A stretch of DNA of 64,000 bases from Candidatus Bathyarchaeota archaeon (GCA_963767735.1 CAVYES010000006.1:192001-256000); one strand, 5' to 3'. Counted from the stretch's first letter, positions 31,499 to 42,173 are shown. A program made the numbers and translations. Notes: generated by a model not told the origin, from the letters alone.

Positions 31499-34042
31499 GT
31501 GGTTGTAATTCCCAAAAAAATGTTAGTTATAGCTATTTTGGTTCTATTGCTTGCTTCATTGGTTTTTGCTTCCACCTTTCAGACAAATGCAACTGCACAA
31601 GTGAACACTAACACAACCTCCAACCTTGGCAATTTGAATTCGTACGATTGGCCCGAGTTTCAAGGTGATTCTTCTTTTGCGCGGTTCTCAGTGGGACCAG
31701 CTCCTGACACATCAAATATACTTTGGAAAGCTAAGGTAACGGGAATACAGCCCTACCTCGCAGCCTTTGACGGAATGATTTTCGCTTGCACCAACACTTC
31801 AGTCGTTGCACTTGACCAATCAGGAAACATCGTTTGGAAAACAGCAATTCCGATGAATAGAACTTGGCCGATAGCGTACGAAATCGATAGTTCACACATG
31901 ATCGTGGAAGGTACTTGTCTTGATCCAAACACGGGAAGTATATTGTGGACTAGCACTTCGTTCAGCGCAGATACTGGTATTTTCAGCGCCAACGTCTACA
32001 GTCCAGAAGAGCAAATGTTTTACGTAAAGACCAATTCCTATATTTACGCCTGGAGCTTTTCTGATCCATCAAAGCCGCCCACTTTGGCTTGGGAAACCTA
32101 CATTCCAGGTGGAGGCATAACTGGCATCGGAACAACATACGGTGACGGCATGGTGTTCCCAGGATCTTTCGAAAATCAACAAATGGCGCTTAACGCCACG
32201 ACAGGCGCAATTCTGTGGGAAACACCTACGAAAGGACCCATGATCTTCAGCGGCTCCTACTATGACGGCAGATTCTTAAGAGGAGGAACAGATGACAATA
32301 CAATGTACTGTTTCAACGCCACAAACGGCCAAATCCTCTGGACATACACGCCAGACACGAACGGATACTTCTGTATCAGCTGTGCTGTAGCGTACGGAAT
32401 GGTTTACGAACTCAATAAAGACGGATACATGTACGCCATCAATATAGAAACCGGCAATCTGGTATGGACATACAAAGGACCCGGTAGTGCACTTATCTTC
32501 CCGGGAAGCCCTACAGTTGCGGACGGCATGGTCTATGCAACGACAGGGCAGTCCGCGGAATATCTTGGTCAGCTTGGTGTCTCTCAGTTTGCATGTTTGA
32601 ACGCTTACACTGGGCAACTCATTTGGGCACTTCCTATGGAGGCATTAGCTCCACGGGAATCAGCCATTGTTGCATACGGCGACTTATACATCATTCCAGG
32701 TGATGTGACAACAGCGGTTGATACTACTTCAGGAGACGAATACAATACGGATAACCAATTGTGGGCTATAGGATCAACTTCAATTCCAGTTAGTAACTGG
32801 TCTTCATTTCGGGCTGATCCAACGCACTCCTCAACCGCTCAAGTAGGTCCTTCAAACCTCACTTTGGATTGGAAATTCACGACTGGCGGGGCAGTTATCT
32901 CTTCGCCAACCGTTGTAGACGGAATAGTCTATGTTGGCTCACAGGACAAAAACATCTACGCCATTGGAGCGTGGAGCGGCAACCTCATCTGGAACTTTAC
33001 CACTAAAGCTGCCATTGCATCTTCACCTGCCGTGGCAAACGGCCTAGTTTACACGGGAGGCGATGACGGATACGTTTATTGCCTAAACGCTTACACAGGT
33101 GCCCTAGTCTGGCAAACATTTGTCAATAGCGACCTGCCTATCACATATGCAACGATAGTGCTTTCATCTTCACCAGTGGTATCGGGAGGCGTAGTCTACA
33201 TTGGATCCTTAGACGGCTACATGTACGCACTTAACGCAGACAACGGCAACACCATCTGGCAAACTAAAACCAACGGACCCATAGAATGTTCTCCCGCCGT
33301 TTCTGATGGCGCAGTCTACTTCACCTCGCAAGAACCCACGGCAGGCGCTCTCTACAAACTAGACGCCAACACTGGAAAAGTAATTTGGAACCTAACACTT
33401 CCCTATCAAATTTCATTCCAAGGCGGCACAGAGATGCTTGGTTCTCCATCAGTTGCAGACGGCATGGTCTTTGCCACCTCCGACTGGGGAGCTTATTACG
33501 CCGTAAACGTTACCTCGGGCAACGTTGTGTGGAAATTCATAGATCCAGCCGCCTCCGAGTTCATAATTTCTTCTCCGATTTATGTAAACGGTGACCTTTT
33601 CATCATCGATAAATTCAACATAGATTGCCTCAATGCAATGAACGGTGACACCCTTTGGAGCTACTTCACGGGGGACGAGTTATACGTTTCACCCTCTTAC
33701 GCTGACGGCAAAATCTATGTCACTACCAGTCAACGCGACATTTTCGTCCTCAACACGGCAGAAAACGGCACAACAATAGCAACCGTCACCACGCCTTCCA
33801 GCAGTTGGTCTTCACCAACCATAGCCAACGGAATGTTATACATCGGATGCAACGACTGGAACATTTACTGCTTCTCGGAAGATGTAACTAATCAAGCTCC
33901 AACTCCAACGCCGACTCCAGCGCCATCAAATAATTTGACTCTAGGATCTGCATTGATGGGCGCAATCGTTTTTATAGCTACTGCTTTGGTTGTTGCAATT
34001 CTTGCACTCAGCTATTTGGTGCTAAAAAAGCCCAAAAAATAG
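31499..34042 (+). CDS. Membrane-anchored tandem PQQ-like beta-propeller protein
   Basis: Two WPEFQGD/WSSFRAD starts, SSP.V.DG.VY repeats, PTPTPTP linker, TM helix and KKPKK tail. Confidence 0.88.
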   Translation: MVVIPKKMLVIAILVLLLASLVFASTFQTNATAQVNTNTTSNLGNLNSYDWPEFQGDSSFARFSVGPAPDTSNILWKAKVTGIQPYLAAFDGMIFACTNTSVVALDQSGNIVWKTAIPMNRTWPIAYEIDSSHMIVEGTCLDPNTGSILWTSTSFSADTGIFSANVYSPEEQMFYVKTNSYIYAWSFSDPSKPPTLAWETYIPGGGITGIGTTYGDGMVFPGSFENQQMALNATTGAILWETPTKGPMIFSGSYYDGRFLRGGTDDNTMYCFNATNGQILWTYTPDTNGYFCISCAVAYGMVYELNKDGYMYAINIETGNLVWTYKGPGSALIFPGSPTVADGMVYATTGQSAEYLGQLGVSQFACLNAYTGQLIWALPMEALAPRESAIVAYGDLYIIPGDVTTAVDTTSGDEYNTDNQLWAIGSTSIPVSNWSSFRADPTHSSTAQVGPSNLTLDWKFTTGGAVISSPTVVDGIVYVGSQDKNIYAIGAWSGNLIWNFTTKAAIASSPAVANGLVYTGGDDGYVYCLNAYTGALVWQTFVNSDLPITYATIVLSSSPVVSGGVVYIGSLDGYMYALNADNGNTIWQTKTNGPIECSPAVSDGAVYFTSQEPTAGALYKLDANTGKVIWNLTLPYQISFQGGTEMLGSPSVADGMVFATSDWGAYYAVNVTSGNVVWKFIDPAASEFIISSPIYVNGDLFIIDKFNIDCLNAMNGDTLWSYFTGDELYVSPSYADGKIYVTTSQRDIFVLNTAENGTTIATVTTPSSSWSSPTIANGMLYIGCNDWNIYCFSEDVTNQAPTPTPTPAPSNNLTLGSALMGAIVFIATALVVAILALSYLVLKKPKK

Positions 34043-34136
34043 ACGTACTTTTGCAAGTGTTGCATTTTCTTTAACAGCTTTTTTCTTTGGTGGAATGTGC
34101 TCTGATTCCAAAATGTTTTAAACATGTCTGCTGAAC

Positions 34137-35606
34137 TTAATCTTGTTGGTCTTTGCTTGGGGTGCTGTGTCCGCCTGGGCTCTTTTTTGTGGGTCTAACT
34201 TTGCCTAATTGTCTGAAAGCCCATCTAGTAGACCTGTATTTCCAAACGAGATGGTTTAGTGCCATGCGTGCCATGATTTGGCTATGGAAGTCTCCTCTGT
34301 GTCTCATTTGCAGGTAATACGTTGGCGTGAATATGTTGTCGTAAACCTTTTTCTTGGATTGTTCAAGGTTTTCAAGGGGTAGCAGCATGTTTTTGAAAAC
34401 TTGCATCTGCTCATGATACAGGTTCCAGTTCTCTGAGAACTCTAATCCTAATTCCTTCACGTAATCGTACAGCTGTGTGCCTGGGTAAGGAACGGCTTCA
34501 CACATGTAAACGTAGTTAGGCTTCGTTTTGTGAATGAAGTCGATTGTTTGCTGAAGCATCTCGGGGGTCTCGCCTGGGTACCCGATTACAAGCGAAATGG
34601 CTACTAGAACATCTGACTCTTTTGCCAGCTTTATGGCGTTTGCGTTCTGCTCAACCGTTGTACCCTTGCGCATAACATTTAGTAATTGTTGGCTGCCTGA
34701 CTCAACGCCAAAGTGGATTAGCTGGCAGTTCGTGCTTCTGAGCTTAGTTAAAAGCTGCTTGGACACTTTGTCCACTCTTGTTCGGCAGTCCCATGGCATA
34801 TCAAACTTTCTTGCCTTCATTTCATCGCAGATCGCTATTGCCCTTGGCACATCAAAGGTGAACGTATCGTCGTAGAAAGCGAAGGCTCCTGCTCCGAACG
34901 TGTCTCTTAGCCATTCAAGCTCGTCGACAACTTTGCTTGGTTTTCTTGCTCTGAAGCCTTTGCCGCACATTTTAGATGCTAAGCAGAAGGCGCAGTTAAA
35001 TGGGCATCCCCTGCTGGTTATGATGGGCATGTAAAGTTTCCCGTTAATCCTATACCTGCTCACGTCAAAGTGCTTATGAGCAGGGTAAGGAAGCACATCG
35101 ATGTCTTCCAAAAAAGGCCTGTCAGGCGTACGATAAACTTGACCGTTCTTTTTGAAAGTGATGCCGGCAACTTCGCCAAGGCTTTTGAGGTTACCCTCAG
35201 ATATTAAGCGTGCAAACTCCAGCATAGTTTGCTCCCCTTCGCCTCGTACCACAATATCTACATCTGAGCTTTCAGTGAAGGTTCGCTCATCCAAAACCGT
35301 AACGTGGGGTCCACCAATCATGGTTATGCAGTTGGAGAGGGCGGCTTTGGCGGCTTTCAAGATTTGCAGTGCTGGAAAGTAAGTGACTGTTGCGGCGGTT
35401 ACGCCGATGATGTCAGGGTTGAGGCTCTTGAACTTGTCTTCGAGGTCTTTTTGGCTTAGTCTGGAAACTTGGCAGTCAACAACGTCCACTTCGTACCCGT
35501 TTTGCTCAAGCACCGCCACCAGATAGCTGATGCCGAGTGGGATAAAGACGGCTTGCGGCACATCCTCTGGATAAGGTGGATTTGCAAGCACTACATGAGC
35601 TTTCAC
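34137..35606 (-). CDS. B12-binding radical SAM protein (class B)
   Basis: PLGISYL, GGPHVT, RGEGE, SRGCPFNCAFC, GVESGS, GYPGET. Confidence 0.92.
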   Translation of the reverse strand: MKAHVVLANPPYPEDVPQAVFIPLGISYLVAVLEQNGYEVDVVDCQVSRLSQKDLEDKFKSLNPDIIGVTAATVTYFPALQILKAAKAALSNCITMIGGPHVTVLDERTFTESSDVDIVVRGEGEQTMLEFARLISEGNLKSLGEVAGITFKKNGQVYRTPDRPFLEDIDVLPYPAHKHFDVSRYRINGKLYMPIITSRGCPFNCAFCLASKMCGKGFRARKPSKVVDELEWLRDTFGAGAFAFYDDTFTFDVPRAIAICDEMKARKFDMPWDCRTRVDKVSKQLLTKLRSTNCQLIHFGVESGSQQLLNVMRKGTTVEQNANAIKLAKESDVLVAISLVIGYPGETPEMLQQTIDFIHKTKPNYVYMCEAVPYPGTQLYDYVKELGLEFSENWNLYHEQMQVFKNMLLPLENLEQSKKKVYDNIFTPTYYLQMRHRGDFHSQIMARMALNHLVWKYRSTRWAFRQLGKVRPTKKSPGGHSTPSKDQQD

Positions 35607-35951
35607 GTTGTTTCCCCGACTTTAATATGGAAAACGGTTAAGCCAACTATTATGTGTTTTGCAAACGACACCGAATCGGCAAGTTTTGATGTAGAATGAT
35701 GTTTTGCCTTTTATCAGCATTTATTTATGGTTATTTTTGTTGAACAGGGCTTATTTTGGGCTCTTCTAGCATTTCAAGAAAGTACATTGTTACTAGTCAC
35801 GCATGTTCAAGATCATGCCTCACATGTCACTTTTGTTTGCGTCTTCAGGTAAGGCGTTTTTTCGAAGCATGGCATCTTTGCTTAGGCGTGTAAAGCAAGG
35901 GTTTTTATGGAATGTATTCAATAGGCGAAGTGTAGCCGCCTTGGAGAAAAC

Positions 35952-37523
35952 ATGAGGTTGTCAGCCGATTTAGCCATTATCAACGCAAATGTTCGAACAA
36001 TGAACCCGAACCAGCATTTTGCTCAAGCAGTCGCCATAAAGAGAAACAGAATCATCCTAGTCGGCACAAACCAGGAAATAAATAATGTAGTCGGCGAAAA
36101 AACCAAAGTAATCAACCTAGACGGCAAAACCGTCATCCCCGGATTAATTGACACTCATATTCACGTGGCAGACTTTGGCAGATGCCTGTTATGGCTTGAC
36201 TTGACCAGCGCGGACTCCATCGAGAACCTGAAACGTCTGGTAAGTGAAAAGGCAAAGCAAACGCCGGCTGGCAAATGGATTATCGGTCGCGGATGGAACG
36301 AGAACCGCTTCAAGGAAAAACGCTTGCCCAATCTTTCAGATCTAAACAAGGCTTCACCCGACAACCCTGTAATTCTGTACCGTGAGGCAGCAATGATATG
36401 CGCCACAAACGGAAAAGCCTTAACTTTAGCTGGAGTCACAACGCAAACGGCTGCGCCCCCCAGCGGAGCCATTGACAAAAACCCTCAGACGGGCGAGCTT
36501 ACGGGAATTTTACGGGACACCGCCACCAGCCTAATCTGGCAAGTGGTTCCCGAGCCAACCGTCGATGAGCTTGTAGACGCAGCGGCGGTGGCTTGCCAAA
36601 AAATCGTTGAAGCAGGAATAAGCAGCATCCATTGGATATTGACCTCGCAAAACGAGCTTCAGATAGTTCAAAGGCTTCAAGCAGAAAGAAAGATCCCGAT
36701 AAGGGTTAACATTGTAGTTCCCTATGAGTTCTTAAAAGAAATAGAGGAGTTTCATTCAACTGACAGTTCAATGCTGCATGTCGATGGAGTTTTCATCACA
36801 ACAGACGGGTACCTGGATTCTAAAACAGCCGCTTTGATGCAGCCCTACAGCGATGATCCAGATAACAACGGCAAAATGCTGCTGACTCAGCAAGAATTGG
36901 CGTCTTCAGTTGCCCACGTTTTAGAGTTGGGTCTTCAGCCAGTTATACATGCCATGGGCGACAAAGCTATTGACACAGCGCTGAAAGTAATCGAGCAGAC
37001 AGCATCACCCGCGGTTCGTTTTCGAATGGAGCAAGCAGCAGTTCTAAACAAGCAATTAATCAAGCGCCTCAAAGCCTCAAACGTCATAGTCACGGTTCAG
37101 CCCACTGTTATTGCAACCGAATTCGCGGTTTGGTCAGCTGCGGCGCGGCTTGGCAGGGGAAGGGCTAGCCTGATTCATCCGCTTAAAACCCTGCTGAGCG
37201 CAGGCGTTAAGGTTGCTGGCGGCTCCGATTGCCCAATGGAGCCTCTAAGCCCGATGCTTGGCATGCAAGAAGCAGTGCAAAGAACCAGTTTTCCCGAGCA
37301 ACGCTTAACCGTTGAGGAAGCTACTTGCATGTACACTGCTGATGCAGCTTACTGTTCTGGGGAGGAAAACTTGAAAGGTTCAATTGAAGAGGGCAAGCTT
37401 GCGGATTTAACGGTGCTATCGGAAGACCCATTTACTGTTGGCGCAAAAAAAATCAAAGGCATCAGCATTGAAATAACTATTATTAATGGAAAAATTGTTT
37501 TTCGCAAGGCATTAAATCACTAG
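35952..37523 (+). CDS. Metal-dependent amidohydrolase (YtcJ-like, Amidohydro_3)
   Basis: PGLIDTHIH, HAMGD, GGSDCP, GSIEEGKLADLTVL. Confidence 0.88.
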   Translation: MRLSADLAIINANVRTMNPNQHFAQAVAIKRNRIILVGTNQEINNVVGEKTKVINLDGKTVIPGLIDTHIHVADFGRCLLWLDLTSADSIENLKRLVSEKAKQTPAGKWIIGRGWNENRFKEKRLPNLSDLNKASPDNPVILYREAAMICATNGKALTLAGVTTQTAAPPSGAIDKNPQTGELTGILRDTATSLIWQVVPEPTVDELVDAAAVACQKIVEAGISSIHWILTSQNELQIVQRLQAERKIPIRVNIVVPYEFLKEIEEFHSTDSSMLHVDGVFITTDGYLDSKTAALMQPYSDDPDNNGKMLLTQQELASSVAHVLELGLQPVIHAMGDKAIDTALKVIEQTASPAVRFRMEQAAVLNKQLIKRLKASNVIVTVQPTVIATEFAVWSAAARLGRGRASLIHPLKTLLSAGVKVAGGSDCPMEPLSPMLGMQEAVQRTSFPEQRLTVEEATCMYTADAAYCSGEENLKGSIEEGKLADLTVLSEDPFTVGAKKIKGISIEITIINGKIVFRKALNH

Positions 37524-37852
37524 TCAATTTGCGCTTTGCTGTTTTCAACTTTCATTAGTTCAGCGACAACTCTCCAAATGAAGAATCCGAAAGCGCTGAC
37601 AAAAAACATAATGATGGTGAAGGTGTCTGTTCTCACGTTTATAAGATGAGAGACAGGCATCGGCAGCCAGCTGGGATGGGTAAACTGTATAACTACGCCG
37701 TCGAGCCACGCGAGCAAACCAAAAAAGAACAGCATCTGCCCAACAACCTTAACGACGACAAGCACTAATCGGCTGGAAGAAGCATTCATGTCCATGACGG
37801 AACTTAAAACGGCATAATAAAACTTGCGAGAAAGCCGAAAGATTTTCGACAT
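37520..37852 (-). CDS. Small two-TM membrane protein
   Basis: Two hydrophobic segments flanking HPSWLPMPVSH; start probably internal. Confidence 0.6.
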   Translation of the reverse strand: MSKIFRLSRKFYYAVLSSVMDMNASSSRLVLVVVKVVGQMLFFFGLLAWLDGVVIQFTHPSWLPMPVSHLINVRTDTFTIIMFFVSAFGFFIWRVVAELMKVENSKAQID

Positions 37853-38099
37853 ATAAAGTTAAAGAAGTCATTACACCATAGCGCTCTGCGCTTGTCTATT
37901 AGGCTCTTCTAGATGTCCCTATTAGGCTTCCTGTGCAGCTACCCCATGTTTCTGCCATTTAGTTCCAACTCACTGTAGGTGGTTCAAGCCCTAAACCGAA
38001 AAAGCAACCCAAACAAGCCTTGACCCTAAACCACCTACCCATAGACCTACCCTAATATTTGTGCCAAAAAGCCGTCACAAAAATGGGGCGGTCTTGTCT

Positions 38100-39548
38100 C
38101 TATTTCATTTTGAGAAGTATCTTGGCTGTTTTCTTCGGGTGGCGAAAAGCCCTCCCAATTTTGGTTCTTGTAAACGTTGGGTTCGCCATGTTTGCCCTCA
38201 TGCATAGCTGTTGCAGGTCTTGGGCTGAGAACTCCGGCGTCTCAATCAACGGCTCCGTGGCTGCCAAGGCGTAGTCGCAGAAGCCTTCTCTTAGAAAACC
38301 GCCTTCTTTTGCCTGTTCGTATAATTGTGTTCCGTAAAGTGGCATGGCGATGCTGAATATGAGGCTGTCAGCGCCTAAGCGTCTAAGTTTATACGCAAAC
38401 TTTATGGTCTCTTCGATGTCTGCTTTGGTTTCTCCAATCAACCCCAAAACGAAGAAGCAGCCAACTTTAATCCCGACTTTCTTGCATAAAACAACCGCTT
38501 GCTCGACGCACTTCAAATCCAAATTCTTGCCAATAACATCGTTCACAACACGTTGTACTCCAGATTCAGGAGCCACACGGATTTTTTTGCAGCCAGACTT
38601 CTTCATCTTTCGCAACAGTGGTTCATCAAGTGTGTCTGCCCTAACACCATTAGGCGTAAACCAATCAACATGCAAGCCTCGCTCGATAATTAAGTCGCAT
38701 ATATCGGCCATGCGTTTTTTATCCAACGTCATGTTCTCGTCATAAAAATCGATCTGCTTAACCCCGTAAGTCTTCACGACTTGTTCAAGCTCATCAACCA
38801 CGTTTTTTGGGCTTCTGGCACGCCAGATTCTACCCCAAACGATACAGGTTGTGCAGAAAACACAGTTGTACGGGCAGCCTCTGCTGGTCGTTATGATAGT
38901 CCATGGTTTGCTTATCTCGCCGCGCAACGGATTTTCCTTAACTGCTTCGTAGTAAACTTTCATTGGAAGTAAATGCCTTGCGGGAAACGGCAAAGAATCC
39001 ATATCCTTAATAATAGCGCGTTTACCGGTGAGAACGGGTTTCCCATTTTTCTTGAAGCCTAAACCCTCTATGGTTGCGAAATCTTGTTTTCTTGATTCAA
39101 GCGCATCAACCAACTCGAAAATCGTGTTCTCAGGTTCGCCGATAACAACAAAATCCACCTCAGAATCCGAAAGACAAGCTTCCGGTCTAGCTGACGGATG
39201 TTGACCCATCAACACGACAGCAATCTTCTTGTTAACGGCCTTTACTGCATAGACTACTTCAAACGCGGTTTTTGACCAACCCGAAAAGGGAATCTCAACA
39301 ACAACCACATCAGGATTCCATTGCCTCACGCGTTCAGCAATCGTTTGTGCACTTAAACCAACACGGTACTTGGTTTCATCCATTTCCTCAAGGTTCTTCC
39401 AGCCTTCCGTTGGAGCATCAATAATGCTGACACTGTACTTTTTTTCTAAAACAGCGGCGACTGACGCTAAGACTATTGGTGGAAAAACGTTTGGTTTTCC
39501 CCAAGCTTTAGGCTGAATTCGAGGCGGATTAATCAAGCAAACACGCAT
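38100..39548 (-). CDS. B12-binding radical SAM protein (class B)
   Basis: CLINPP, GQHPS, GEPE, SRGCPYNCVFC, APESG, GLIGET. Confidence 0.92.
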   Translation of the reverse strand: MRVCLINPPRIQPKAWGKPNVFPPIVLASVAAVLEKKYSVSIIDAPTEGWKNLEEMDETKYRVGLSAQTIAERVRQWNPDVVVVEIPFSGWSKTAFEVVYAVKAVNKKIAVVLMGQHPSARPEACLSDSEVDFVVIGEPENTIFELVDALESRKQDFATIEGLGFKKNGKPVLTGKRAIIKDMDSLPFPARHLLPMKVYYEAVKENPLRGEISKPWTIITTSRGCPYNCVFCTTCIVWGRIWRARSPKNVVDELEQVVKTYGVKQIDFYDENMTLDKKRMADICDLIIERGLHVDWFTPNGVRADTLDEPLLRKMKKSGCKKIRVAPESGVQRVVNDVIGKNLDLKCVEQAVVLCKKVGIKVGCFFVLGLIGETKADIEETIKFAYKLRRLGADSLIFSIAMPLYGTQLYEQAKEGGFLREGFCDYALAATEPLIETPEFSAQDLQQLCMRANMANPTFTRTKIGRAFRHPKKTAKILLKMK

Positions 39549-39603
39549 CTGAACTGTGCACTTCTAAACCAGAATACCATAATGCTTCGATTAAAACTTT
39601 GCA

Positions 39604-40593
39604 CTAAAACGGCAAAAAGAACAAACGCACACCGACAATGACGCCGACACACATCAACACCCACAACACGATCGTGACATCTCTTATCCGCAAAGCACCC
39701 AAAATCTTGTCCCCAGTCAACGGCTCCAAACTGTCCCCAAGAATGTACTGTCCAGGCTTCTCCAACTGAATCCGCAATGCACCAGCCATAGCCGCCATTG
39801 GCCACCCATGATTTCGGCTTGGCGTTTTTTTGTGGTCTCTGCGGGCGATTTTCCAAGCGTTTTTTGCGTCTTTGCCAAGGATAGCGGCAGACACAATCAT
39901 GAATAGCGCAGTTAATCTTGTAGGTATGTAGTTGACGACGGTGTCTAGGTTTGCGCTAAACCACCCTGTGTTTATGTGTTCTTTATCTTTGAAGCCTACC
40001 ATGCCGTCAAGCGTGTTTATAGCTCGAAAAGCGATTGCTCCAGTAACACCGAACAAAGCGAACGACAGCATAGGTGAGAGTTTGAAGTCAATTAGGTTTT
40101 CAGCCATCGATTCGATAACCGCGCTGCTCATCTGTGACCCGTTTAGGTTTGTTGAGTCTCTTCTTGAAAAATGACTATATTTCTTTGATTCATCAACCTC
40201 GTTTGCTTGGATGGCTTTGGCTGCAGCTTTCGCCCAATCAGTCTCAAGCTTAATGCAAATAGTCATCTTCAACAGAATAATGCCGATGAAAGCGTAAACA
40301 AAGATGCTAATGTAAGTGTAAATCGCCCATAAACCAAAATAGACTGGAAGCGTAAACGCACAAATCACCGTCAGCGCCAAGAGAACGCCTAAGAGTTTTT
40401 CGATTTTTGGATTTGGATTTTTGAAGACGGGCTCGATTTTTTTAGTAAATTTGCCCATTAGAACGGTTGGGTGAAGCTTGAAAAACCACCTGTCAGGAAA
40501 ATTGGGTGAAGGGTCACCAAGAACCAAATCTAACATTATCGCCAGAATTAGCACGATGATTGCGACTAAGCTATTTAAGAGGTTTAGCACCAA
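39604..40593 (-). CDS. cbiB: Adenosylcobinamide-phosphate synthase
   Basis: DLVLGDP..HP, IESMAEN..D, RAINTLDGMVG, N.IPTRL, S.N.GWPMAAMAGAL...LEKPG.Y. Confidence 0.92.
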   Translation of the reverse strand: MVLNLLNSLVAIIVLILAIMLDLVLGDPSPNFPDRWFFKLHPTVLMGKFTKKIEPVFKNPNPKIEKLLGVLLALTVICAFTLPVYFGLWAIYTYISIFVYAFIGIILLKMTICIKLETDWAKAAAKAIQANEVDESKKYSHFSRRDSTNLNGSQMSSAVIESMAENLIDFKLSPMLSFALFGVTGAIAFRAINTLDGMVGFKDKEHINTGWFSANLDTVVNYIPTRLTALFMIVSAAILGKDAKNAWKIARRDHKKTPSRNHGWPMAAMAGALRIQLEKPGQYILGDSLEPLTGDKILGALRIRDVTIVLWVLMCVGVIVGVRLFFLPF

Positions 40594-40775
40594 GAGTTAC
40601 CCAAGCATTGCTTTTCGAGATAAGTATAAACGGTTTATATCAATTGCGGTTTTCAGAACCACTATGCTTTTACGTTATGGCTCTTAGTAATTTCAAAATG
40701 TTCTTGCAGTTCAGAACCGCTTTTCTATTTCTGTAAAAAGTTCGGCGGGAAGACAGACATCAATTTTCCAGATGT

Positions 40776-42173
40776 CTAATTTTTTTGGCGAAGTTTCAGT
40801 TTTGCCGAACCTTTGAGATGTACCAGAATTGTTAATGCTGTCGAGATTGTCCAGAATTTTCTTTTGCGGTAGTTTCGGAAGAAGTAGCCTGGGCGCAAGT
40901 AGAAGTGATGGTAAGCTGCCTCGTCCAGAATTGCCAGTTCTTTCATGCTTAGCTGGGGGGTCTCAAAAATGGGTCTTTTCGTATCGTACTTGTCAAAGTC
41001 GGTTACTTTCAGCCACCCTTTCTCTTTAACCAAGTCATACAATGGCGTTCCTGGGAAAGGTGTTGCCACATGGAACCAGCTACTGTCGTCGGGAGAGATT
41101 TTCTCCACGAATTTGATGGTTTTCCACACACTTTTCTTTGTCTCGCCTGGAAAGCCAAGGATAACGTTTGAAATGGGCTTCAAACCGAGCTCTCTTACCC
41201 AACCGAAAACTTTCATTGTTAATTCAGGAGAAATTCCTTTTTTCATATCGTCTAAAACCTGTTGCGTGCCGGATTCAACTCCGAACCACACCGAGATGCA
41301 TCCAGCATCCTTCATCTTCGCAAGCAGCTCTTTTGTCAGCATATCAACGCGTGTACCACAGTTCCATTCGATTTTCAATCCGCGCTTTAGGATTTCATCG
41401 CAAAGTGCAACTGTTCTTGGCTGGTCAACCGTAAAAGCGTCATCACAAAACGTAAACGTGTTAATGCCGTAAGTTTTATTCAAAAACTCTAACTCGTCTA
41501 CGACGTTTTTGGGGCTTCGCATGCGGTACCTGCGTCCATGCATTCTAACTGTTGTGCAGAATTCGCACCAGTATACGCAGCCTCTGCTCGTTGTCAAGTA
41601 AAGTATATTTTCATATTTGCGTAGGGTCTCCATTGGCCAAAGATGGCGAGCTGGAAACGGCAAAGCATCCAACTCTTCAATGTATGGTCTATCTGGATTC
41701 CGCGTGATTTTGCCGTTTTTCCTGCAAGTGGTGCCAGCTACATCGGAGTAGCTTTTGCCTGCTTCAATCCTCTGAACAAGCTCCAACAGCGTATTTTCTC
41801 CTTCTTTCCTCACGACAACGTCTAATTCTGGGCACTCTTCGAGTGCTTTGTTATCCCAGAAGGTAACATGTGGACCACCTGCAACGGTTATGCAGTTTGG
41901 GCAAGCATCTTTTGCAATCTTTAACAATTTGAGCGAAGACTGATATGTAAGAGTGGAAGATGTGGCCCCAACAATGTCTGGTTTACGCTTACTAATCTCG
42001 CTCTTAAAATCTTCTAACGAAAGCCTTAGTATTTGGCAATCAATTACATCAACTTGATAGTTGTTTTTCTCTAAAACAGCCGCCAAATATCCTAAACCTA
42101 ACAGTGCAAAGGGCATGTGAGTTTCTGTGCCCGCTGGAGCGGCAGGATTAACTAAGGTTACATGGGGCTTCAT
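40776..42173 (-). CDS. B12-binding radical SAM protein (class B)
   Basis: LGLGYLAAVL, GGPHVT, SRGCVYWCEFC, GVESGT, GFPGET, TPFPGT. Confidence 0.92.
   Translation of the reverse strand: MKPHVTLVNPAAPAGTETHMPFALLGLGYLAAVLEKNNYQVDVIDCQILRLSLEDFKSEISKRKPDIVGATSSTLTYQSSLKLLKIAKDACPNCITVAGGPHVTFWDNKALEECPELDVVVRKEGENTLLELVQRIEAGKSYSDVAGTTCRKNGKITRNPDRPYIEELDALPFPARHLWPMETLRKYENILYLTTSRGCVYWCEFCTTVRMHGRRYRMRSPKNVVDELEFLNKTYGINTFTFCDDAFTVDQPRTVALCDEILKRGLKIEWNCGTRVDMLTKELLAKMKDAGCISVWFGVESGTQQVLDDMKKGISPELTMKVFGWVRELGLKPISNVILGFPGETKKSVWKTIKFVEKISPDDSSWFHVATPFPGTPLYDLVKEKGWLKVTDFDKYDTKRPIFETPQLSMKELAILDEAAYHHFYLRPGYFFRNYRKRKFWTISTALTILVHLKGSAKLKLRQKN

Noticed and set aside
27846-34042. PQQ biosynthesis or quinoprotein dehydrogenase locus
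   Set aside because: No pqqA/B/C/D-like genes; the repeats are short BamB/AfsK-type blades without recognisable dehydrogenase catalytic insertions
35607-35951. Short ORFs as RiPP precursors (e.g. minus-strand MPCFEKTPYLKTQTKVTCEA)
   Set aside because: No SD, leader/core structure or repeats, and no RRE, peptidase or exporter nearby; a tiny precursor cannot be fully excluded
40594-40775. Cobalamin riboswitch upstream of cbiB
   Set aside because: AT-rich, with no B12-box or GGGAA core recognisable
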